Shown: piece by piece, positions 10,095-20,333 of the stretch
Layout of the letters: the number at the start of each line of letters is the position of its first letter
Position numbering within the stretch: position 1 is the stretch's first letter
Virus record (IMG/VR): IMGVR_UViG_3300028394_002328
Coordinates: 186,001-250,000 of that record
Strand: one strand, 5' to 3'
DNA length: 64,000 nucleotides
The notes under the pieces: generated by a model
Seen by the model: the letters and a program-made list of their open reading frames with translations, nothing else
Database searches by the model: none
Told to the model about the DNA's origin: nothing
Translations under genes and position numbers: made by a program

Positions 10095-11015
10095 ATGAGT
10101 CAAACTTTATTAGGAGGTTTTCTAAGCGCAACATTTAATCCCATGACGGATCAAAAGACTAGCACGGTGGAATACCTTGTTGTTGCTGGTGGCGGTGGGG
10201 CACAAACTGGTGGTGGAGGTGCTGGTGGATTATTAACTGCGGCTGGTTTTGCTGTTGCGGCAGGTTCTGCGTTAACTATTACTGTTGGCAGTGGTGGACC
10301 GTCAGCGACAAATGGGAGCAATTCGGTATTTAGTTCAATTACTGCAATTGGCGGTGGTGCTGGTGGTGCTCAAGAGTCTAATGGAAGTTCTGGCGGTTCT
10401 GGAGGCGGTGGTGGGCAATGGTATAGTGTTGCCGGGCCTTATACTGGAGGTGCTGGAACATCAGGACAAGGATTTGCTGGTGGGACAGGCAATCCAGCAG
10501 CATACAATCCTAATACTCAAGCCTTTGGTGGTGGCGGGGGAGGTGGTGCTGGTTCTGTTGGGGGAAGTATTGTTGCTGGTGTTTATTGCAAAGGTAATGG
10601 CGGTGCTGGAATATGTTCATCTATAACAGGTACTTCTATATTCTACGCAGGTGGTGGCGGGGGTAGATCGTATATTGGTAATGTTGGTGATCCTTGGGGC
10701 GGTGGTAATGGTGGTGCAGGAGGCGGTGGCGGTTCTAGCACAAATGGCGCAGGACTTGGTGGTATTACAAGATCAACCAACAATGGGCAAGATAGCGTAG
10801 CTAGTGGCAGAGGTGGTAATGGAGGGGCAAACTCAGGCGGCGGAGGTGGAGGGGCAAACTCAGGAACTAACGGGTCTGGCGGTTCCGGCATAGTCATCAT
10901 TCGTTATCCAAGAAATCTAGCACCACCTGTAAGCACAACAGGCAATCCACAAATTTTATACAACAATGGATATCAGATATATATTTGGACCAGTAGTGGT
11001 TCAATAACTTTCTAA
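10095..11015 (+). CDS. glycine-rich domain protein, paralogue of 7150..8013
   Basis: Same MSQ...GG.LSA start, VEYLVVAGGG and GIVIIRYP...SSGSITF end. Confidence 0.75.
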   Translation: MSQTLLGGFLSATFNPMTDQKTSTVEYLVVAGGGGAQTGGGGAGGLLTAAGFAVAAGSALTITVGSGGPSATNGSNSVFSSITAIGGGAGGAQESNGSSGGSGGGGGQWYSVAGPYTGGAGTSGQGFAGGTGNPAAYNPNTQAFGGGGGGGAGSVGGSIVAGVYCKGNGGAGICSSITGTSIFYAGGGGGRSYIGNVGDPWGGGNGGAGGGGGSSTNGAGLGGITRSTNNGQDSVASGRGGNGGANSGGGGGGANSGTNGSGGSGIVIIRYPRNLAPPVSTTGNPQILYNNGYQIYIWTSSGSITF

Positions 11016-11032
11016 AATAAGAGGAAAATAAA

Positions 11033-11389
11033 ATGGCACATTTTGCAAAAGTAGAAAACGGCATAGTCACTCAAGTGATTGTGATTGAGCGTGATGTTCT
11101 TGAATTAGGACATTGGGGTGATCCTAGTAGTTGGGTTCAAACCAGTTATAACACACAAGGTGGAGTACATACACAAGGTGGCACACCATTGCGTAAGAAT
11201 TACGCAGGCATCGGGTACACTTATGATAGTGAACGTGATGCTTTTATTCCACCTAAACCATATGCTAGTTGGGTATTAGATGAAGAAACATGTTTGTGGA
11301 ATCCACCTACACCTATGCCATCAGATGGTAAGATGTATACATGGGATGAAGAAACAACAAGTTGGACTGAAGTCGTAATACCAGCATAA
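11033..11389 (+). CDS. small Trp/Pro-rich phage protein, possibly fibre assembly factor
   Basis: MAHFAKV...WVQTSYN...RKNYAGIGYTYD...DAFIPPKPY.SW.LDE.TC.W.PP.P.P; strong GAGGA SD; role inferred from position among fibre-like genes. Confidence 0.65.
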   Translation: MAHFAKVENGIVTQVIVIERDVLELGHWGDPSSWVQTSYNTQGGVHTQGGTPLRKNYAGIGYTYDSERDAFIPPKPYASWVLDEETCLWNPPTPMPSDGKMYTWDEETTSWTEVVIPA

Positions 11390-11400
11390 GGATAATAGAG

Positions 11401-13116
11401 ATGCCAGCATACAGTGGAATGTGGACGCTGAGCCAAGTTGCTCAAGCAATTAGAAATAGTGATTGGACAGGTGTCCCTCCTACTGTAGTAGAGTATTTGA
11501 TTGTTGCTGGCGGTGGTGGTGCGGGAAGTCAATTAGCTGGCGGCGGTGGCGCAGGTGGATTGCTTGCTGGCTATGCAGGCATAACTTTGGGTACTTCATA
11601 CTTTGTGACCGTAGGTGCTGGTGGTACTGGTACTTCTGGGCAATCTAGTACAGGCACAAATGGAGAAAATTCTGTTTTTGACTCTACAACTTCTGGTGCT
11701 TTTACAGGGCGAATTGTTGCAACGGGTGGCGGAGTTGGTGCATCTTTAGTCGCTGTTGGCGGTATAGCACCGGGTGGAAATGGCGCATCGGGTGGTTCTG
11801 GTGGCGGTGGCGCTACGCAGTATGTTACTGGTTTGGGCGCTTCTGGCATCTCTGGACAAGGAAATGCTGGTGCAAATGGAAGTGCTTATGCTGGTGCTGG
11901 CGGTGGCGGTGGCGGTGCAGGAACCAATGGTTTAGTAGCAAATACAACTACAGGTGGCAATGGCGGTGCAGGAATAGCGTCTGCCATATCTGGAACTGTT
12001 ACTACTTATGCTGGCGGTGGTGGCGGCGGCGCTAACGCTACTGGGGGAGCAGGTGGCGTAGGAGGCGGTGGTACGGGCGGCGGGTCATCTGCCGCAGTTT
12101 ATGGAACTGCAAACACAGGCGGTGGTGCTGGTGGTGGTGCGGGGAGTGACGGTCGAGGCGGTAATGGCGGTTCAGGCATTGTAGTCATACGCTATTCAGG
12201 AGTTGTTCAATACTTTACTGGTGGAACGGTTACTTGCACAGGTGGCTATGTTATTCATACATTCACTTCTTCTGGTACACTAGCGCCAACAACTCCCGCA
12301 TACTTAGTAAACTTACCACCTAATACAGTAATTTTCTACAGTTCTGGAATATGGGTAGCACCAGCAGGTTCAACCTCAGTTGAATACTTGGTTGTAGCTG
12401 GAGGTGGAGGTGGTGGGTCTGGTGGAACAGGATCAGGTGGTGGTGGCGCAGGTGGATATCGTACCGCAACAGGACTTTCTGTTACTGCCGGTACTTCTTA
12501 TACTGTTACTGTTGGTGCTGGCGGAACAGGTGGATATGGAGCAACTACATCTCAAGCCGCAGGGGTCAGCGGAAATGATTCAATTTTTAGTTCTATAACA
12601 TCAACAGGTGGAGGTGGCGGTGGATCAGAAATATCTTCCCCAAGCATAAATTACGCTGGAAAGTCTGGTGGTTCTGGTGGTGGTCCAATTACTTCTGGAG
12701 CGGCTGGAGCAGGAAATACACCGTCAACAACACCATCTCAAGGAAACAATAGCGGAACTGCTAGTTCATCTGCCCCAAATTACGGAGGTGGTGGAGGCGG
12801 CGGTGCGGGTTCTGTTGGTGGTAATGGGTCCGAAACTGTAGGTGGTGCAGGTGGATCTGGCACAGCATCATCTTTATCAGGTACTTCAGTAACATATGCT
12901 GGTGGAGGCGGCGGCGGAACATATAACGGTGGTACAGGCGGATCGGGTGGATCAGGTGGAGGTGGTGCTGGTTCTGCTAGTGGATTAACAACTGGTAGTA
13001 ATGGTACTGCTAATTTAGGTGGGGGAGGAGGTGCCGGCGCTTATACACCAACCGGTACATATAGATCAAACGGTGGCAACGGTGGCAGCGGCATCGTAAT
13101 CATCAAGTGGAGTTAA
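11401..13116 (+). CDS. protein with two tandem glycine-rich domains
   Basis: Two VEYL.VAGGGG ... GGSGIV.I units. Confidence 0.75.
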   Translation: MPAYSGMWTLSQVAQAIRNSDWTGVPPTVVEYLIVAGGGGAGSQLAGGGGAGGLLAGYAGITLGTSYFVTVGAGGTGTSGQSSTGTNGENSVFDSTTSGAFTGRIVATGGGVGASLVAVGGIAPGGNGASGGSGGGGATQYVTGLGASGISGQGNAGANGSAYAGAGGGGGGAGTNGLVANTTTGGNGGAGIASAISGTVTTYAGGGGGGANATGGAGGVGGGGTGGGSSAAVYGTANTGGGAGGGAGSDGRGGNGGSGIVVIRYSGVVQYFTGGTVTCTGGYVIHTFTSSGTLAPTTPAYLVNLPPNTVIFYSSGIWVAPAGSTSVEYLVVAGGGGGGSGGTGSGGGGAGGYRTATGLSVTAGTSYTVTVGAGGTGGYGATTSQAAGVSGNDSIFSSITSTGGGGGGSEISSPSINYAGKSGGSGGGPITSGAAGAGNTPSTTPSQGNNSGTASSSAPNYGGGGGGGAGSVGGNGSETVGGAGGSGTASSLSGTSVTYAGGGGGGTYNGGTGGSGGSGGGGAGSASGLTTGSNGTANLGGGGGAGAYTPTGTYRSNGGNGGSGIVIIKWS

Positions 13117-13123
13117 ATATAAT

Positions 13124-14548
13124 ATGGGCATGACATTAACATCTGGACTATTAATAGGATCAGGAATAATTATTGAAGGGTTAACTGTACCTAATGCGCC
13201 CACTATTGGCACAGCAACGGCCACTGGTTCAACTACAGCAACAATATCTTTTACTGCACCTTCTTATAACGGTGGTGCATCTATCACTAGCTACACCGCA
13301 GTTAGTAGTCCAGGAAATATTACCGGTACATTAAGTCAAGCCGGTTCAGGCACTATTACTGTTACTGGACTATCCCAAAATACTAGTTATACATTTACTG
13401 TATATGCTACTAATAGAATTGGAAATAGCACAAACAGTAGCGCAAGCAATAGTATCACAACATTTACAGTACCTGGTGCACCTACTATTGGTACTGCTAC
13501 AACTACCGGTCCAACAACTGCTACAGTCACATTTACTGCACCTGCTAGTAATGGAGGTAGTACAATTACTAGTTATACAGCGGTTAGCAGCCCAGGAAAT
13601 ATTACCGGTACATTAAATCAAGCAGGTTCAGGTACAATTACAGTAAGTGGCTTAACCGCTAGTACTTCTTATACATTTACAGTGTACGCAACAAATGCCA
13701 TAGGTAATAGTGCTAATAGTAGTGCAAGTAATCAAATAACAACACAATCATCGACACCAACTTCAGTTGAATACTTGGTAGTTGCTGGTGGGGCAGGAGG
13801 TGGCGGAAATCATGGTGGTGGAGGCGGAGCCGGTGGTTATAGAACTTCAACTTTATCTGTTTCAGTATCTACCGCATATACTATAACAGTTGGCGCCGGT
13901 GGTGGGGCTAGTCAAATTGGTCAAAATTCCGTATTTTCTTCAATTACTGCTACAGGTGGGGGCTATGGAAGTACAGGTGGTGATGGATCATCTCCCCCAG
14001 CCGGAGGATCAGGTGGCGGTGGCAACGGCTACAACAATATAGTAGGTGGTGCCGGTAATACACCATCAACTTCTCCATCTCAAGGTAATAACGGCGGTAC
14101 AGGAGTTTATTATTATAACACTACTGGTGCTGGTGGTGGCGGAGCAGGTGCTGTCGGTGCAAACAGTGGTGACAATGTTGCTGGTGCAGGCGGTGCCGGT
14201 AGCGCATCATCTATTACTGGATCGTCAATTACTTATGCAGGTGGAGGTGGAGGTGGAGTTAGATTCTCTGGAACTGTTGGCGCTGGTGGTAGTGGTGGTG
14301 GAGGAGCAGGTGGAATAGAGTTTAACACTGGATCTGCTGGTACACCAAACACTGGTGGAGGTGGCGGAGGTGGCGGAGGCAATAATGGGGGCGGGGGTGC
14401 AGGTGGTTCTGGTATAGTTATTATTGCTTATCCTAATACATATACAGCGCCGGTATCAATATCTGGTGGTTTAACTTATGACCAACCCACTAGATCAGGT
14501 TATAGAGTGTATCGTTTCACACAAGGTACTGGTACTATTACTTGGTAA
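13124..14548 (+). CDS. two fibronectin type III domains plus glycine-rich domain
   Basis: Two PxAPTIGTAT...FTAP...ITSYTA...YTFTVYATN repeats, then VEYLVVAGG domain ending GTITW. Confidence 0.8.
   Translation: MGMTLTSGLLIGSGIIIEGLTVPNAPTIGTATATGSTTATISFTAPSYNGGASITSYTAVSSPGNITGTLSQAGSGTITVTGLSQNTSYTFTVYATNRIGNSTNSSASNSITTFTVPGAPTIGTATTTGPTTATVTFTAPASNGGSTITSYTAVSSPGNITGTLNQAGSGTITVSGLTASTSYTFTVYATNAIGNSANSSASNQITTQSSTPTSVEYLVVAGGAGGGGNHGGGGGAGGYRTSTLSVSVSTAYTITVGAGGGASQIGQNSVFSSITATGGGYGSTGGDGSSPPAGGSGGGGNGYNNIVGGAGNTPSTSPSQGNNGGTGVYYYNTTGAGGGGAGAVGANSGDNVAGAGGAGSASSITGSSITYAGGGGGGVRFSGTVGAGGSGGGGAGGIEFNTGSAGTPNTGGGGGGGGGNNGGGGAGGSGIVIIAYPNTYTAPVSISGGLTYDQPTRSGYRVYRFTQGTGTITW
13190..13745 (+). 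repeat. tandem duplication encoding two FN3 domains (~280 bp unit)
   Basis: Both copies share CCAGGAAATATTACCGGTACATTAA and most of the protein sequence; end points approximate. Confidence 0.8.
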
Positions 14549-14580
14549 AATAATAATCATCAGATGGAGTTAAATACAAT

Positions 14581-16575
14581 ATGCCAATAACAATTACAGG
14601 TGCAGCAGTTACAGGTGGAGCATTAATTACAGTAGCTGGCGATCCATATTTTCCATATGTTCCTTTATTATTGAACACAACAAGCACTAATACTCAAACA
14701 AATAACACTTTTTTAGATAACAGTACAAATAACTTCACGATTACTCGCAACGGAACTCCGACGCAGGGTTCTGTGACTCCGTATTGGCCTAATGGTCAGT
14801 GGAGTAATTATTTTAATGGTACCACGGATTATTTAAGCGTTCCTACTACTACTGCTTTACAGTTTGGCACAGGTGATTTTACTTTTGAATTTTGGATGTA
14901 TTTAAATTCAACCGTGAGCAATCTTGCTGAAATTTATAATACAGCCGACACTAACACTACAAATTACAGTCATTCAATAATTTGTAATTCTACAAATTTA
15001 GTGTTATATTTAAGTAGTACAGGAAGTTCTTGGAATATAGCGAGCGGCACTATTATAACTAGTAATGCTTCATTACTTAATACATGGGCCCATGTTGCTC
15101 TTGTAAGAAATGGAACGACATTTACAGTATATGTTAATGGGGTATCAAAAACTACAGTAACTTCTGCTTTGGCACTATTTTCTAACACTGGTAATATTAC
15201 TTTTGGGCATTTTCCAACTGGTTTTAATGATTACTTTCCGGGATATCTTTCAAATGTTCGTATTGTAAAAGGAACTGCAGTTTACACCGCCAACTTCACG
15301 CCACCGACAACCCCGCTTACCGCAATCACCAACACATCTCTTCTCACCTGCCAATCTAACCGTTTTATTGACAACAGTGCCAATGCTCTTGCAATCACAC
15401 TCAGCGGCACTCCCAAAGTCCAGGCATTCCAACCGTTTTCACCCTCCGCTTCGTACACCACTGCGGCGTATGGTGGAAGTGTGTATTTTAATGGGTCAAG
15501 CGATTATCTGTCGTTGACCAATTCAACGACATTAAACCCCGGAACGGGAAATTTCACACTTGAATATTGGGTGTATTTTAACGCACTAAATCAAGGAAAT
15601 ATATACGACGGGTCAATCAACGGAGTTTCTACAGCATTAAACGCATCCAGTCAATTTTCAGTTGGACAATCAAATGTAGCATATCTTTTGAATGACACTG
15701 TTGCGGCAGTTACAGGGCAATGGTATCACATTGCTATAGCAAGGTCTGGAACAACACTGTCACTATTCAAAAATGGAACAAGAGTAGCAACTGCAACAAA
15801 CTCTACTAATTTTGTTTCATCTACGGCAAATCGCATTGGCTGGAATGGAGTATCAATATATCTCAATGGATACGTCTCTAATTTGCGTTTTATTGTTGGT
15901 GGGACGCCTGTATATGACCCAACACAGACAACAATAACTGTTCCCACATCGCCAGTCAGTGCAAGTGCCACATTACTTGTCAATGGAACCAACGCAGGAA
16001 TTTACGACGCTGCGGTACAGAACAACGTGATTACAATCGGGGATGCTCAGGCCAGCACCACACAGTCTAAGTGGTCGCCAACGAGCATGAAGTTTGACGG
16101 AACCGGCGACTGGCTGACGGCTATTGACGGGCCGCAACTTCAGCTTGGTACGGGAGATTTTACAATTGACGGTTGGGTTTATTTGTCGGCAACTGGTGTT
16201 GCTTACGGGATTATTAGTAAAGGCACGGCGTCAACTGGGTGGTCTGTCAACGTCACTTCTGGCAACAAACTTCAGTTTAGCTATACCGCGTCTAACTTGA
16301 CCGGCGCTACCTCATTAGCTTCGGCTACTTGGTATTACTTTGCTGTTGTCCGGTCTGGAAGCGCAACCGAAAACTTAAAGGTCTATTTAAACGGAACGGC
16401 AGACGCTACCAGCGGCGGCGCTGTAACGGACAATTTTAATCAAACCAGCATTTTGTATGTTGGCGCAGACCGTGTTGGTGGAAGCGCACTAAACGGGTAT
16501 CTCCAAGACTTACGAATTACCAAAGGCGTTGCTCGCACTATCACAACACCAACATCAGCGTTCCCAACACAATAA
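14581..16575 (+). CDS. triple LamG/concanavalin A-like lectin domain protein (putative receptor binding)
   Basis: Three G(T/N)G(D/N)FT.E/D.W.Y ... W.H/Y.A ... SN.R/QDLR units; TAAATA motif at 14571. Confidence 0.78.
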   Translation: MPITITGAAVTGGALITVAGDPYFPYVPLLLNTTSTNTQTNNTFLDNSTNNFTITRNGTPTQGSVTPYWPNGQWSNYFNGTTDYLSVPTTTALQFGTGDFTFEFWMYLNSTVSNLAEIYNTADTNTTNYSHSIICNSTNLVLYLSSTGSSWNIASGTIITSNASLLNTWAHVALVRNGTTFTVYVNGVSKTTVTSALALFSNTGNITFGHFPTGFNDYFPGYLSNVRIVKGTAVYTANFTPPTTPLTAITNTSLLTCQSNRFIDNSANALAITLSGTPKVQAFQPFSPSASYTTAAYGGSVYFNGSSDYLSLTNSTTLNPGTGNFTLEYWVYFNALNQGNIYDGSINGVSTALNASSQFSVGQSNVAYLLNDTVAAVTGQWYHIAIARSGTTLSLFKNGTRVATATNSTNFVSSTANRIGWNGVSIYLNGYVSNLRFIVGGTPVYDPTQTTITVPTSPVSASATLLVNGTNAGIYDAAVQNNVITIGDAQASTTQSKWSPTSMKFDGTGDWLTAIDGPQLQLGTGDFTIDGWVYLSATGVAYGIISKGTASTGWSVNVTSGNKLQFSYTASNLTGATSLASATWYYFAVVRSGSATENLKVYLNGTADATSGGAVTDNFNQTSILYVGADRVGGSALNGYLQDLRITKGVARTITTPTSAFPTQ

Positions 16576-16651
16576 ATAATTAGTTCTTGGTAAACTAAGT
16601 ATCGTTCATAACAGGTTAAGATAAATACTTAATCTAGTACGGAATACTGTT

Positions 16652-17770
16652 ATGAAAATTAATCAAATTATCTTAGAAACGTCTGCTGGTGCTACTGGTT
16701 CAGGATCGGTAGCCACTGTTGCTAAACCTATGGGAGAAACACAAAGTAGATACCCAGAGGTAAAAGGTCTAAAGCCAATAGATAAACTTAACGGTAAGAA
16801 AAAAGGTCCATATAGCAACTCTCTTTCAGAAAGTAAAGTAGCAGAAGCAAAACTGGAAGAAGATGATTTAATTATAGTTCCTGGACAAAGCAAAAGATTC
16901 AAGCCAGGACTAATTTCAAAAGCGGAAGATAGAACTGACCATGAAGTTGAAATGGCATTAAGTGACTTATATCAAGCATATAAGAATGCTAAAAAAACTT
17001 ATATGCTTCTAAAAAATAGAACCGAAGAAGAAGGTCTTGAAGGGTGGGTACAAGAAAAGATTATCAAGGCTAATGACTATCTAACTGCTATTCGTGAATA
17101 TTACGAACATCAGGCTATACAAAATGAAATGACTGGTGGAGTTATTGGTAATGGTATGGCAGGTGAAAGTGCTACTAAAAAAGTAAATCCATATGCTGTT
17201 GGTATGTCACAAGCAATGAAATCAACAGGTGACAAACCACCTTTGAAAAAGAGTACGATAGTCAAAGGTCATCATATAGCAAAAAAGATTAAACAACAAG
17301 ATATTGAAGAAGGTTGGAAAAGCAAACTAGCAGGCGCCGCTCTTGCTGGTGCTGCTGCTTTTGGCGGGGGCGGTGCTCATGCAGGTGGAATGTCATTGCC
17401 TCCCGCAGGATTGACACCAGCCCAAGCTCAAGAATTTACAAACGCCCAATTTGCAGGACAACAAGCAATAAATCAACATGCTGCTCAACAAGCAGGAAAA
17501 ATTGACTATCGCAAAGATGGTCCAATTACAAAAAGTTCATTAGGACATAAACTAGAATATGGTATTCCTGTAAATGCCAAAGGTGATTTTATCAATCCTA
17601 ATAGATTACCAAACATTCATGAATTGCCTAGGGACGAAATAGAAGCTATGGCTGAAGCATATCAAGCTTGGCTTAAAGACTATTTGAGTCGTTGGCCCAA
17701 TGCTAAACAACAGGCAGATGGATCAATGCAAGGTCTCAAACCAGGTCTTGCTCCGATGTACCCTAAATAA
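16652..17770 (+). CDS. modular late protein, putative internal-head polyprotein
   Basis: Late motif at 16620; MKINQIILE start; unrelated blocks separated by Glu-ending linkers (LSE, VAE, AGE, IEE). Confidence 0.6.
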   Translation: MKINQIILETSAGATGSGSVATVAKPMGETQSRYPEVKGLKPIDKLNGKKKGPYSNSLSESKVAEAKLEEDDLIIVPGQSKRFKPGLISKAEDRTDHEVEMALSDLYQAYKNAKKTYMLLKNRTEEEGLEGWVQEKIIKANDYLTAIREYYEHQAIQNEMTGGVIGNGMAGESATKKVNPYAVGMSQAMKSTGDKPPLKKSTIVKGHHIAKKIKQQDIEEGWKSKLAGAALAGAAAFGGGGAHAGGMSLPPAGLTPAQAQEFTNAQFAGQQAINQHAAQQAGKIDYRKDGPITKSSLGHKLEYGIPVNAKGDFINPNRLPNIHELPRDEIEAMAEAYQAWLKDYLSRWPNAKQQADGSMQGLKPGLAPMYPK

Positions 17771-17779
17771 TTTGATACT

Positions 17780-20290
17780 ATGGCCAATACTTTAAGAAAA
17801 TTTCAATACATATTAGAAGGTATTGATCAAGAACATTTAACTGATATTTTAGTTAAACGGTTAAAATCACGCTATCCTGATATCAGTACAAAATACGAAG
17901 AAGATGTATTACATGATGCGGCTATGGATGTTGCATCTTTTCACGCTGGTGCAGAAGAATTAGGCACTAGTGATATTGGGGCAATGATTAGAGAAGTCAT
18001 TAAAAATTTAGAAAGATTTAATGAGCGTGGTCAGGGTGAAAAAATGATTCCAAACTCAGTTAGAGGTTGGAGAATGAATGAAGAAACAGAACCTGAGCGT
18101 GTAGTTAGACAATTAAAAGCAGCAAAAAAGTATTTAGGTCAAGATCCTGAACCAAAAAAAGAACCTGAAGAGAAAGAAACAAACGAATCATACTGGGGCG
18201 GACCTAGTCCAGCACAATTGCGTTTTAATCGTGCTTTAAAAAAACAACAAAATAGTCCTGAAAATAAAGCAGATAGAGAAAAGTTTCAAAAAGAACTAGA
18301 CCGTATTATGCCTCCGCCGAAAAAAGAGCCTGAAGACAAAGAGGTGACTGAAGGTGCTGCGATATCAACTAGTGGAAAAACTGACTCAGGTTACACTTGG
18401 AAGTTTGAAGCAGGGCGTGAAGTGCCTTTTAAAACAGATATAGATGTAAACACATTTATTAGAGTAACTGATCCTGCTGGTAAGACTGTTGCTGGTGTTT
18501 GGGCAGATGTAGCGGGTGATTCACTAGTAGTTGAATATTCTCAAGTGTTTGATGAAGAGTTAAGAGGCAAAGGTCTTTATACAGATTTGTTAAAAAGTTT
18601 AAGTAAACAGTATGATGTAACATCAGATACAGATACGAATAATGCCGCTGTTAGCATTTATAAACGGTTAGGTGCAGATTATGATGCTCGCCAAGAAAAG
18701 CATACATTGCGTAAACAAGGTGTAGCGGAAGGCTCAGACCAAAATTATTTGTCTCAGATACCCAACTTGACTTGGAAACCAGTAAGCCGTAGTGTATGGA
18801 ATACTATACAAGACGAAGGACTCGATGAAGAACAAGATGCACCTAACCATACTGATTGGGTGATGGCCAATTTGACGATTAGTCCAAAAGATTCACAGGC
18901 ACTGCAAGCATTTGACAATGACGCTATTGAAGATTTCAACAGATTTGACATACATCTAAAATCCCGTTACCCTGGACTCACTGACTTAATTGATTATGAT
19001 AGAGGAACTGTAACTATTGTAAAGACAGTAACAGAGCAAGGTGTGGCGGAAGGCCGAAAAAAGAAAAACAAAAAAACTTCAAGATCCTTAGGCAGATATT
19101 TCTTCCCGGGCTATGGCTATTATGGTAGTGGAGAATCTGGTGAAGGCGGTGGTGATGGCGGCGGAGGAGAAAGTATGGCGGAAGGCACTAATGTTGACAT
19201 TGGTGGTATACAATTAAATGTTGTGGCTGATGGAGCTGAGGTAATCATTCGTCCATCTGTAGATGGATATCAAGCTGGTTATGCAGTATTTGACCGTGAT
19301 GGTAGTACTCTAGTACCTGCTGATCTTGCTATAGATGAAGAGTTTCGTGGTCAAGGCATCGCTAAAACCATTTACGATTATGTAAAGAGTCTTGGATTTA
19401 CTATTCGTCGCAGTAGTGATCAAACCAAAGCTGGTAAACACTTTTGGGATAAAAATCGCGGAGAAGATAGTCAAGTATGGGAGCAAACAATGACACTAGA
19501 AGAACTTGATGAGGCATGTTGGAAAGGTTATCATAAAGAAGGCATGAAGACCATGTTTGGCAAACGCTATCCTAACTGTGTGAAGAACACTAATGAAGAC
19601 CACCAACAATGTCCTGAATGCGGTGGTCCAATGTTTAGTGAAGAAATGATTAACGAAAAGAAAGATGCTTGCTACTATAAAGTTAAGAGCCGTTATAAAG
19701 TATGGCCCAGTGCGTATGCCAGTGGTGCATTAGTAAAGTGTCGCAAAAAAGGTGCTAGCAACTGGGGCAATAGCACAAAAAATGAAAGTTCTATATTAGA
19801 AGGTCTAGAACAAACTGATGAAAACTTACATAAATGGTTCAAAGAGAAGTGGGTAAGATTTGGTCCTGATGGCAAGATACGCGGTGATTGTGCTAGAGGA
19901 GATGATAGTGAGGGTAAACCAAAATGTTTACCACAAAGTAAAGCACAGAATTTAGGTAAGAAGGGTCGTGCTAGTGCGGCTGCTAGAAAGCGTAGAGAAG
20001 ATCCAAACCCCGAGCGTAGTGGTAAAGCAATCAATGTTGCTACTAAAAAGAAAACTTCCGAGAGTTCAATTCTTCAAGGAATAAGTGAAACAAAAGGCTT
20101 ACCAATGCCAGGTTCGTATGAACAAGAAAATAAACCTTTTCTTAGAAAAGGTGAACAGAAACTTATGGCTCTTACTACTGAACAAGAAGAATTAGATGAG
20201 AAGTGGAGTAATAAGTATAAGAGAAGTATTAATTGTAACAATCCAAAAGGATTTTCACAAAAGGCTCATTGCCAAGGAAAAAAGAAATGA
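17780..20290 (+). CDS. modular polyprotein with two GNAT-like domains and Cys/Lys-rich C-terminal modules
   Basis: GNAT motif A twice (DEELRGKGLYTDL; DEEFRGQGIAKTIY); QGVAEG linker twice; CWKGY..PNCVK, DACYYKVKSRY.VWPSAYASG and KWS.KYKRSINC.NPKGFSQKAHC modules. Confidence 0.7.
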   Translation: MANTLRKFQYILEGIDQEHLTDILVKRLKSRYPDISTKYEEDVLHDAAMDVASFHAGAEELGTSDIGAMIREVIKNLERFNERGQGEKMIPNSVRGWRMNEETEPERVVRQLKAAKKYLGQDPEPKKEPEEKETNESYWGGPSPAQLRFNRALKKQQNSPENKADREKFQKELDRIMPPPKKEPEDKEVTEGAAISTSGKTDSGYTWKFEAGREVPFKTDIDVNTFIRVTDPAGKTVAGVWADVAGDSLVVEYSQVFDEELRGKGLYTDLLKSLSKQYDVTSDTDTNNAAVSIYKRLGADYDARQEKHTLRKQGVAEGSDQNYLSQIPNLTWKPVSRSVWNTIQDEGLDEEQDAPNHTDWVMANLTISPKDSQALQAFDNDAIEDFNRFDIHLKSRYPGLTDLIDYDRGTVTIVKTVTEQGVAEGRKKKNKKTSRSLGRYFFPGYGYYGSGESGEGGGDGGGGESMAEGTNVDIGGIQLNVVADGAEVIIRPSVDGYQAGYAVFDRDGSTLVPADLAIDEEFRGQGIAKTIYDYVKSLGFTIRRSSDQTKAGKHFWDKNRGEDSQVWEQTMTLEELDEACWKGYHKEGMKTMFGKRYPNCVKNTNEDHQQCPECGGPMFSEEMINEKKDACYYKVKSRYKVWPSAYASGALVKCRKKGASNWGNSTKNESSILEGLEQTDENLHKWFKEKWVRFGPDGKIRGDCARGDDSEGKPKCLPQSKAQNLGKKGRASAAARKRREDPNPERSGKAINVATKKKTSESSILQGISETKGLPMPGSYEQENKPFLRKGEQKLMALTTEQEELDEKWSNKYKRSINCNNPKGFSQKAHCQGKKK
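18716..19054 (+). repeat. dispersed repeat CAAGGTGT(A/G)GCGGAAG encoding QGVAE linker
   Basis: Copies at 18716-18733, 19037-19054, partial 19176-19186, and 41407-41422 on the minus strand (16/16 identical to 19037-19052). Confidence 0.8.
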
Positions 20291-20333
20291 AAGATTATGA
20301 TTTTTATTGGAACAGAAAAGGATACCCAAAGAT

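Noticed and set aside
7150-13116. PE-PGRS or collagen assignment
   Set aside because: No PE domain and no Gly-X-Y periodicity; similarity is compositional only
7347-14318. Pro-rich antisense and alternative-frame ORFs over the glycine-rich genes (e.g. 7347..7583, 10643..10900, 11571..11849)
   Set aside because: They are shadows of GGN codon runs, with no SD or promoter support
7150-14548. Possible CRISPR array or diversity-generating retroelement in the repeats
   Set aside because: Repeats are in-frame degenerate coding motifs without constant spacing; no cas or reverse transcriptase gene and no adenine-specific TR/VR pair seen
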